Program-made: the position numbers and the translations under genes | The notes under the pieces: model-generated | What the model was told of the DNA's origin: nothing | Database searches by the model: none | Seen by the model: only the letters and a program-made list of their open reading frames with translations | In this document: in pieces, positions 57,341 through 64,000 of the stretch | How the letters are laid out: each line of letters begins with the position of its first letter | Numbering within the stretch: the stretch's first letter is position 1 | Origin: an uncultured Desulfuromonadales bacterium | GTDB lineage: Bacteria; Desulfobacterota; Desulfuromonadia; Geobacterales; Pseudopelobacteraceae | Length of the DNA: 64,000 nt | Assembly (NCBI GenBank): GCA_903868145.1 | Contig: CAIPTY010000036.1 | Location: 9 to 64,008, forward strand | Direction: 5' to 3'

Positions 57341-58903
57341 TCATTCCCATTCGATAGTTGCCGGCGGTTTGCTGGAGATATCGTAGACCACCCGGTTGAT
57401 TCCTTTGACCTCGTTTATGATGCGCCCGCTGATACGTGCCAGATCCTCGTAGGGGAGCGGATACCACCCTGCGGTCATAAAATCCCTGGTCTCAACTGCA
57501 CGTAACGCGACCACAAACTCATATGTTCGAGCGTCCCCCATCACGCCAACACTCCTGACCGGCAGGAAGACGGCGAAGGCTTGACTGATCTTGTCGTAAT
57601 GACCGGAAGAGTACAGCTCCTCGATGTAGATGGCATCGGCCCGACGGAGAATGTCAGCGTACTCCTTTTTCACCTCACCCAGGATGCGAACAGCCAGACC
57701 AGGGCCGGGAAAGGGGTGACGCCAGACCATCTGATGCGGCAGGCCAAGCTCTTCACCGATAGCCCGCACCTCATCCTTGAACAGTTCACGCAACGGCTCA
57801 AGCAGTTTCAGTTTCATATATTCCGGCAGGCCGCCGACATTGTGATGGCTCTTGATAGAGTGGGCCTTGCCGGTTCTGGCGCCGGCTGATTCAATAACAT
57901 CCGGATAAATCGTCCCCTGGGCCAGCCAGTTTGCGTCCGTTATACGTTTCGACTCTTCTTCAAATATCTCGACAAACAGCCCGCCGATAATCTTGCGCTT
58001 TTTTTCGGGGTCACATTCACCTGCCAGGGCTGTCAGAAACCGCTGTTCCGCGTCCACGCGAAGAACCTTGACCCCCAGATTCTCGGCGAAAGTCGCCATC
58101 ACCTGATCCCCTTCACCAAGTCGCAACAGACCGTTGTCGACAAAGACGCAGGTCAGCTGGTCGCCGATGGCCCGGTGTATCAGGGCTGCTGCAACTGAAG
58201 AGTCAACACCGCCCGAAAGTCCGAGAATCACCCGATCACTGCCGACCTGCAGGCGTATGCGCGCCACGGCGTCTTCGATGATCCGTCCGGGAGTCCATTG
58301 ACCGGTGCAACCGCACACCGTGCGGACAAACGTATCGATCAGCACTTCACCGCGCGGGGTATGATTTACTTCAGGATGAAACTGCACGCCGTAAAGATTC
58401 CGAACCACATCCTGAATGGCGCAGACAGGGGCATTGTCAGTCTCAGCCACGATCTCGAAACCGGTTGGAACCCGAGAAACATGGTCACCATGACTCATCC
58501 AGACCGGACTGTTTCCTTCGACAAAAAAACCGTCAAACAACGGCCCGGGACAACCTTTGGATCTGAGGATGGCGTAGCCGAATTCACGCTTACCCGCAGG
58601 TATAACCTCGCCGCCAAAATGCCTGCTCATAAGCTGCATGCCGTAGCAGACCCCCAGAACCGGGATGCCAAGCTCGAACAACTCCCCGGCTACGGCCGGG
58701 GCGCCCTCTTCATAGACGGATTTCGGGCCTCCCGAGAGGATGATACCGCTCGGAGAAAAAGCGCGAACCGCTGACAGTTCCATGTCAAAGGGATGAAGCT
58801 CGCAGTAGACATGTGCTTCTCGAACCCTGCGGGCAATCAATTGGGAATATTGTGATCCAAAATCGAGAATGAGGATTTTTTGGCGGTGAATATCGGGCGT
58901 CAT
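57341..58903 (-). CDS. guaA: GMP synthase (glutamine-hydrolysing)
   Basis: The GATase motif is GVCYGMQ. The PP-loop is [10 protein letters not shown]. The C-terminus is PPATIEWE. Confidence 0.95.
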   Translation of the reverse strand: MTPDIHRQKILILDFGSQYSQLIARRVREAHVYCELHPFDMELSAVRAFSPSGIILSGGPKSVYEEGAPAVAGELFELGIPVLGVCYGMQLMSRHFGGEVIPAGKREFGYAILRSKGCPGPLFDGFFVEGNSPVWMSHGDHVSRVPTGFEIVAETDNAPVCAIQDVVRNLYGVQFHPEVNHTPRGEVLIDTFVRTVCGCTGQWTPGRIIEDAVARIRLQVGSDRVILGLSGGVDSSVAAALIHRAIGDQLTCVFVDNGLLRLGEGDQVMATFAENLGVKVLRVDAEQRFLTALAGECDPEKKRKIIGGLFVEIFEEESKRITDANWLAQGTIYPDVIESAGARTGKAHSIKSHHNVGGLPEYMKLKLLEPLRELFKDEVRAIGEELGLPHQMVWRHPFPGPGLAVRILGEVKKEYADILRRADAIYIEELYSSGHYDKISQAFAVFLPVRSVGVMGDARTYEFVVALRAVETRDFMTAGWYPLPYEDLARISGRIINEVKGINRVVYDISSKPPATIEWE

Positions 58904-58991
58904 GGATCGAATAAGTCCTCTTGAAGAACTTTATTACCACTAAAATTATTGCCGTGTCAAACATTAGTACGGCCGACGCTCAAATATCCGT

Positions 58992-60461
58992 TCAGTTCCC
59001 TACCCGGTAATTGGGCGCTTCTTTTGTTATGGTTACATCGTGAACATGCGACTCTTTGAGGCCGGCTCCGGTGATTCGGATAAAACGCCCATTTTTCTGG
59101 AGCTCCGCGATATTTGCACAACCGGTGTAGCCCATGCCGGAACGAAGCCCGCCCAGCAACTGGTGAATATTGGCTGACAGGGGGCCGCGTAACGGCACCA
59201 TTCCTTCGATCCCTTCGGGAACAAGCTTGACATCGTCTCCGACTTCGGACTGAAAGTAGCGATCCTTGCTGCCATCCTTCATCGCCCCGATCGATCCCAT
59301 GCCGCGATAGGTCTTGTAGGTGCGTCCCTGATACAGCACCGTATCACCGGGTGACTCCTCGGTGCCCGCAAACAGCGACCCGATCATGATGCAGTCGGCA
59401 CCCGCCGTGACAGCTTTGGGGAGGTCACCGGAATACTTGATGCCGCCATCGGCAATCACCGGAATCCCGTATTTGTGGGCAATCCGGGAACATTCGAGAA
59501 TGGCGGTAATTTGGGGAACACCCACACCTGCGACCACGCGGGTGGTGCAGATCGATCCCGGTCCGATTCCAACCTTGATGCCGTCGACCCCCGCCTTGAT
59601 CAGAGCCTCTGCCGCTTCTGCCGTTGCAATGTTGCCGGCAATTATCTCAACACCCTTAAACACCGACTTTGCACGAATAACCGCATCGATAACGGCCTGA
59701 GAGTGTCCGTGAGCGGTGTCGATGACAATGACATCAACCCCGGCCTTGATAAGGGCATCCATGCGGGCATCCATCTCTGCCGTCGGACCCACGGCCGCTC
59801 CGACCCGCAGGCGTCCGAAGGAATCCTTGCAGGCATTGGGATACTTTTTTACCTTTTCAATATCCTTGATCGTAATCAGGCCTTTGAGAAATCTTTCGTC
59901 ATCAACGACAAGAAGTTTCTCCACTCTGGTATGCTTGAGATGCTCCTTGGCCTGTTCCAGGGTGGTACCCACCGCAACGGTCACCAGATTGCGCTTGGTC
60001 ATTCGTGCCGAAATAGGCAGTTCGTAATCGGTCTCGAAACGCAGGTCGCGATTGGTCAGTATCCCTACCAGTTTGCCATTTGCCTTGGTTACGGGAACCC
60101 CTGAAATGCGGTAGCGGGACATGATATCCAGAGCTTCACTGATTTTCTGGGTAGGGCGCATGGTAATCGGGTCAACAATCATACCCGACTCGCTCTTTTT
60201 GACCTTGTCAACCTCGTAGGCCTGTTCCTGAATTGTCAGATTTTTATGAATGATTCCGATGCCTCCCTCTCGCGCCATGCAGATTGCGGTTCGAGCCTCG
60301 GTAACCGTATCCATTGCAGCGCTGACAAGCGGAATATTGAGTGGAATATTGCGTGAGACATGGGTTGCCAGGTTGGCATCCCGCGGAAGAATCAGGGAAT
60401 GTGCAGGGAGAAGGAGCACATCATCAAAGGTAAGGCCTTCAATCAGCTTGTTAAGTGACAT
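58992..60461 (-). CDS. guaB: IMP dehydrogenase
   Basis: I start it at ATG 60461 ([20 protein letters not shown]), which follows AGGAG. It has a CBS pair, the catalytic loop [11 protein letters not shown], and [12 protein letters not shown]. Confidence 0.95.
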   Translation of the reverse strand: MSLNKLIEGLTFDDVLLLPAHSLILPRDANLATHVSRNIPLNIPLVSAAMDTVTEARTAICMAREGGIGIIHKNLTIQEQAYEVDKVKKSESGMIVDPITMRPTQKISEALDIMSRYRISGVPVTKANGKLVGILTNRDLRFETDYELPISARMTKRNLVTVAVGTTLEQAKEHLKHTRVEKLLVVDDERFLKGLITIKDIEKVKKYPNACKDSFGRLRVGAAVGPTAEMDARMDALIKAGVDVIVIDTAHGHSQAVIDAVIRAKSVFKGVEIIAGNIATAEAAEALIKAGVDGIKVGIGPGSICTTRVVAGVGVPQITAILECSRIAHKYGIPVIADGGIKYSGDLPKAVTAGADCIMIGSLFAGTEESPGDTVLYQGRTYKTYRGMGSIGAMKDGSKDRYFQSEVGDDVKLVPEGIEGMVPLRGPLSANIHQLLGGLRSGMGYTGCANIAELQKNGRFIRITGAGLKESHVHDVTITKEAPNYRVGN

Positions 60462-60671
60462 CAGCAGACTCCTGAAAGAGATAAACCTCGGCAAAGTTAG
60501 TACAGGCGGCACGGCAAGTCAAGAGCAAAGGCTATATGGCTGAAAGAACGGAATCACAATAAAAGCGCGGATCATTGATGAGCAATCCTGCTTAACAGGA
60601 ATGCACACAAGCCAGTACGGGACAGAACATCAGTGATTGACAAATCGCTGCCGAAATGGAGAATGAATTAC

Positions 60672-61142
60672 ATGCACTCCACGATCAAAAACATCCGGAA
60701 ACGAAGGATCTACAAAATTTCCATCATACAGGTACTGTGCCTTCTGGCCGTTTTCGCGATTGCGACGAGTCAGGTTTCCGGCGCTGCAGAGAGTGAACGG
60801 CTCTCTTTGGGGCATACTTCACTCGTATCAACTCAATCAGACCTGAATAGCTCGACCGTAGGCGCCGTAACGGCGAAATACGGTTTCCTGAACAAGGAGG
60901 AATTCAAGCCGTATATCGGTGTCGGGGTAGCGTACAGCATAGACAAAGAGTTCAGAGGCAGCAACCCCACAACCAGGATTAAAACCGGTGCCGCCTACCA
61001 GGTGGGTTTCAGTTATATTCTAAACGAAACATCCTCACTGAATCTCAATTACGACCTTTACACTGTTTCGCCTGAATCACCTCATCGACAAAACGATGCC
61101 ACACCCAATCAGCTGGGATTGGGTCTGAAAATCAGGTTCTAA
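60672..61142 (+). CDS. Small outer-membrane beta-barrel protein (OmpW/OmpA-like porin family)
   Basis: The signal peptide ends SQVSGA. It has alternating beta-strand patterns and a C-terminal LGLGLKIRF. The start is uncertain (60633, 60663 or 60672). Confidence 0.6.
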   Translation: MHSTIKNIRKRRIYKISIIQVLCLLAVFAIATSQVSGAAESERLSLGHTSLVSTQSDLNSSTVGAVTAKYGFLNKEEFKPYIGVGVAYSIDKEFRGSNPTTRIKTGAAYQVGFSYILNETSSLNLNYDLYTVSPESPHRQNDATPNQLGLGLKIRF

Positions 61143-61206
61143 CCCAGCAGTTTTGCGATATTCTGGGGAAATTATGGCAGCCGGGGTATGAGGGGTAATC
61201 ACGTGT

Positions 61207-62415
61207 TCAGCTGTTTGCAGCCGAATCCCCGCAAAGGTTGAGAATTTTCTGCGTGATCTCGGCATGTTGTCTGTCAATATCGAAATCCGCGTGGCGCCCG
61301 GCGAACGCCAGTGCCTGCTGTCTGAAACGACTATCCTCAACCAGCGAGCGCATGAGCGGAGTTAGAGGCGGTGCCGGATTGTCGGGGTTGATGACGACTC
61401 CGGCGCCGAGTGACTGAACGCGCCAGGCGGTGAGGAAGCGCTCCAGATGATTGGGGAACATCATCAACGGCACCCCGGATAACAGCAACTGTGCCACCAT
61501 GCCGTGACCGCAGTAGGTCAGGGCAAAGTCGCAATCCTTGACAATCTTCTCCAGACGGAACGGGCCGGATGAAATGACAATGCCGCTGTCCTGCCACTTT
61601 TTGATGGTATTCATGGAAACGCCGGGCGAGCAGATCAGAGCCCGTGCCCTGACTTCAGCCAATCCCTGCATCGCAACCTCAAAATCGCGTGCCCCAGGCT
61701 CCAGATAACCGAACACGCACGGCCCCGCGCCTTCCGGCCACGCCGCTTCTGCACCGGCTCCGGAACTGAACATCGGACCGTAGTAATGAGCGTCACGCCG
61801 TTGCGGATAGTGATCGAGTTCGGGGAAGGTGGTCAGGAAATTTTCAGCAACATCGAAGAGTTCGCCCAGAAAAGTCAGGCGTTTCACACCATAGTTTTCC
61901 AGCAGGGTGTTGACGGTGTTCAGCACCAGCGCCTCGGACTCGGACAGCCGCTGATGTGGCACCGAAGCCCACGGGCGCATGTTGGGCATCGGCGTTTCAC
62001 GCGGCGGCACCAGAAAACCGTAACCCAGAGTGGCGGCCTTCAGGTCGAGGCTTTTCGCTGCCAGCAGAGCGGTAGGCGCGTGGCTCGCCACCACCAGATC
62101 AGGTTGCAGAACCTGATACAGATTACGCCAGGCATCAACCAGACCAACCAGGTTTGCAGGACTGTGGTAGCCAAAACGCAGCAGGATTTCCGCGTAACTC
62201 AGCGGCGGCTCCGGCAGTCCGTGGATCGCGGGCAGCCATACCGGCGCCTGAAGTATTGGAATATCGCCAACCTCCAGACTACGCAGGTTGTGCAGTTCCC
62301 TCGCGATGAAAATAACCCGATGCCCGGCGGCCTTCAGCGGCTTGGCCAGCTCGAGGAAGTGACTGATATAACTCAGGCTGGTGCCCATCTCCCAGACGAA
62401 AACAATAGTGCGCAT
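61207..62415 (-). CDS. GT1-family (MGT/UDP-glycosyltransferase-like) glycosyltransferase
   Basis: The N-terminus MRTIVFVWEMGTSLSYISHFLELAKPLKAAGHRV fits the GT28_N-like pattern. The C-terminal nucleotide-sugar motif is YCGHGMVAQLLLSGVPLMMFP. Confidence 0.8.
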   Translation of the reverse strand: MRTIVFVWEMGTSLSYISHFLELAKPLKAAGHRVIFIARELHNLRSLEVGDIPILQAPVWLPAIHGLPEPPLSYAEILLRFGYHSPANLVGLVDAWRNLYQVLQPDLVVASHAPTALLAAKSLDLKAATLGYGFLVPPRETPMPNMRPWASVPHQRLSESEALVLNTVNTLLENYGVKRLTFLGELFDVAENFLTTFPELDHYPQRRDAHYYGPMFSSGAGAEAAWPEGAGPCVFGYLEPGARDFEVAMQGLAEVRARALICSPGVSMNTIKKWQDSGIVISSGPFRLEKIVKDCDFALTYCGHGMVAQLLLSGVPLMMFPNHLERFLTAWRVQSLGAGVVINPDNPAPPLTPLMRSLVEDSRFRQQALAFAGRHADFDIDRQHAEITQKILNLCGDSAANS

Positions 62416-62598
62416 TTGATTCCTGGCGGTGACGAAACATCGTTCGGCATTGATTATTGAAAAACCGCATGTAACAACAATTTATGGGACATGTATCGGA
62501 GATTTAAGCCTTAAAACAGTGGCATGGCAGGACTCAGATATTACTCAACCCCTGAAATTGGGCGTGTCGGACTTTCGTGATCTCCTCCATATCCTCCA

Positions 62599-62784
62599 TT
62601 ATTTTTCGTTTGCATGTTTTCGGACACATACGACATCGTATGGCTTGCCAACAATATCCTTCATATAGGTAAATTCCATACCAGCGTCAGTGCATTTTTG
62701 GACTTTGGCATTCAATTCTTCCTGACTTACACTGGGACAGCCACACAATAAAACAGCCGGCAGCATTAACAATAAAAATTTCAT
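62599..62784 (-). CDS. Small lipoprotein (61 aa)
   Basis: The ATG at 62784 follows AGGAG. It begins MKFLLLMLPAVLLCGC, which contains the lipobox. Confidence 0.5.
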   Translation of the reverse strand: MKFLLLMLPAVLLCGCPSVSQEELNAKVQKCTDAGMEFTYMKDIVGKPYDVVCVRKHANEK

Positions 62785-63051
62785 GTAGAATCTCCTGTAA
62801 GGTATTAAATTGCACCCCGAACAAGCCGAAAAACCCGCGCTAAAGTAATTTTTTCCGGCAGGATTCAAGCCGCAATTTTTATCGGCGCCATGTTACCTCG
62901 ATAATCCCGGATTCAACAATAAAAAATTCAATGCTGCTTAAATTTGTCGGCATTCGTACTGAAAGAATACCTGTTGACAGCATTATTCAAGCGGTATAGC
63001 TTATGCCATCAAAACATTATTTTCACAACATGCTAAAATTAAAGGAGAAAA

Positions 63052-63654
63052 ATGATGAGAAGGATTATCACAGCTATCAGCACCATCATCGCCCTGGCCC
63101 TTCCGACGTTTGCCGTTGCCTCAACATGGACCATTGACCCTGAACATTCCAATGTAGGTTTCAAGGTGCGCCACATGATGGTATCCAGTGTCAAGGGCAG
63201 TTTTAACACGTACACAGGCACCGTCGAACTTGACGACAAGGACATCACCAAGTCCAGGGTGGAGGTTACAATCAACACAAACTCTATCAACACAAACGTC
63301 CAGAAGCGTGATGATCACTTGCGCGGCGCCGACTTTTTCGATGTTGCCAAATTTCCGACCATGACCTTTGCTTCGAAAAAGGTAACCAGGAATGGCAATG
63401 ACAAGCTGAAAGTCACTGGCGACCTGACCCTGCACGGCGTAATCAAAACAGTAGTGCTTGACGTGGAAGGACCTACCGCAGAGAGTAAAGACCCCTGGGG
63501 GAATATTCGCATAGGGGCAACTGCCACGACAAAAATCAGCCGCAAGGATTTCGGCCTTGTCTGGAATAAAGCTCTTGAAACCGGTGGGGTCGCTGTTGGT
63601 GATGAGATTACCATTACTCTGGAAATAGAGATGGTCAAAGCGAAAGCCAAGTGA
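63052..63654 (+). CDS. YceI-family periplasmic polyisoprenoid-binding protein
   Basis: It has a signal peptide followed by WTIDPEHSNVGFKVRHMMVSSVKGSF and TLHGV, the YceI signature. Confidence 0.85.
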   Translation: MMRRIITAISTIIALALPTFAVASTWTIDPEHSNVGFKVRHMMVSSVKGSFNTYTGTVELDDKDITKSRVEVTINTNSINTNVQKRDDHLRGADFFDVAKFPTMTFASKKVTRNGNDKLKVTGDLTLHGVIKTVVLDVEGPTAESKDPWGNIRIGATATTKISRKDFGLVWNKALETGGVAVGDEITITLEIEMVKAKAK

Positions 63655-63723
63655 AGCTGAATGACCCGGTAAGTTTCAGTCAGAGGCTTTAACGCAGAGA
63701 CGCCAGGACACGGAGATCGCTTC

Positions 63724-63999
63724 ATGAAATTTGAATGGCATGGCAAAAAAGCGGCTGCAAGCCTCCTAAAACATGGGGTCTCGTTTGATGAGGCCGCTAC
63801 GGTTTTTGCAGATGTTTTTTCATACATCTTTCCTGATCTGGATCATTCAAGTGATGAGTCTCGCATGCTGATTATTGGAATGTCAGAAAGCAGGCGAATA
63901 CTGGTTGTTTCTCATACCGACAGAGGCGAGCAAACACGGATAATATCGGCCAGGGAGGCCACTCGAAAGGAGCGCACATTTTATGAAGAGGGCCATTAA
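63724..63999 (+). CDS. brnT: BrnT-family (DUF497) toxin
   Basis: It reads MKFEWHGKKAAASLLKHGVSFDEAATVF...RIISAREATRKERTFYE. Confidence 0.75.
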   Translation: MKFEWHGKKAAASLLKHGVSFDEAATVFADVFSYIFPDLDHSSDESRMLIIGMSESRRILVVSHTDRGEQTRIISAREATRKERTFYEEGH

Positions 64000-64000
64000 A
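63983..64000 (+). CDS. Possible 5' end of the cognate brnA antitoxin gene, cut off by the window edge
   Basis: An ATG at 63983 (MKRAIK...) lies about 10 nt after AAAGGAG. It overlaps the brnT 3' end in another frame. Only 6 codons are visible. Confidence 0.3.

Overview
This 64-kb window looks like a Desulfuromonadales/Geobacter-like deltaproteobacterial chromosome. That placement is inferred from gene content only: futalosine mqnA, a PxxKW Cys-rich protein, nifU-nifS, a lexA-dinB arrangement and a cbb3 oxidase. Most of the window is ordinary core genome. Core content includes a two-partner secretion pair (TpsA/TpsB) beside an OmpR/histidine-kinase pair, and bioF-bioH-bioC. It also includes rfbBD with mannose-nucleotide genes, aroC-aroK-aroB...aroQ, accBC-gcvH, tolC-like, mqnA and pgm. 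Further core genes are nifUS, E2/E3 dehydrogenase components, ruvB, a cbb3 oxidase and guaBA. The one clear accessory region is a ~12.9-kb integrative island (17485-30367) in the 3' end of the initiator tRNA-fMet gene. It is bounded by a 46-bp direct repeat of the tRNA 3' half (44/46 identical). The island carries a tyrosine integrase, a Xis-like HTH protein, a serine recombinase with a res-like site, and an orphan VWA fragment. It also carries an uncharacterised, translationally coupled two-gene operon: a 519-aa protein with no recognisable motif plus an 878-aa protein with two HKD/PLD motifs. Next come a LexA module with an operator-bearing promoter and a decayed dinB remnant, then an AAA+ ATPase / S8 subtilase pair that resembles the IetAS toxin-antitoxin/defence family. 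The PLD operon (20943-25135) is my best candidate for an undescribed system. The TpsA gene (1-3016, minus strand) and a 46-codon ccoQ-like gene are absent from the supplied ORF track and were found by reading the sequence. I saw no CRISPR array, rRNA or IS element. All calls rest on motif recognition by eye; no database search was run.
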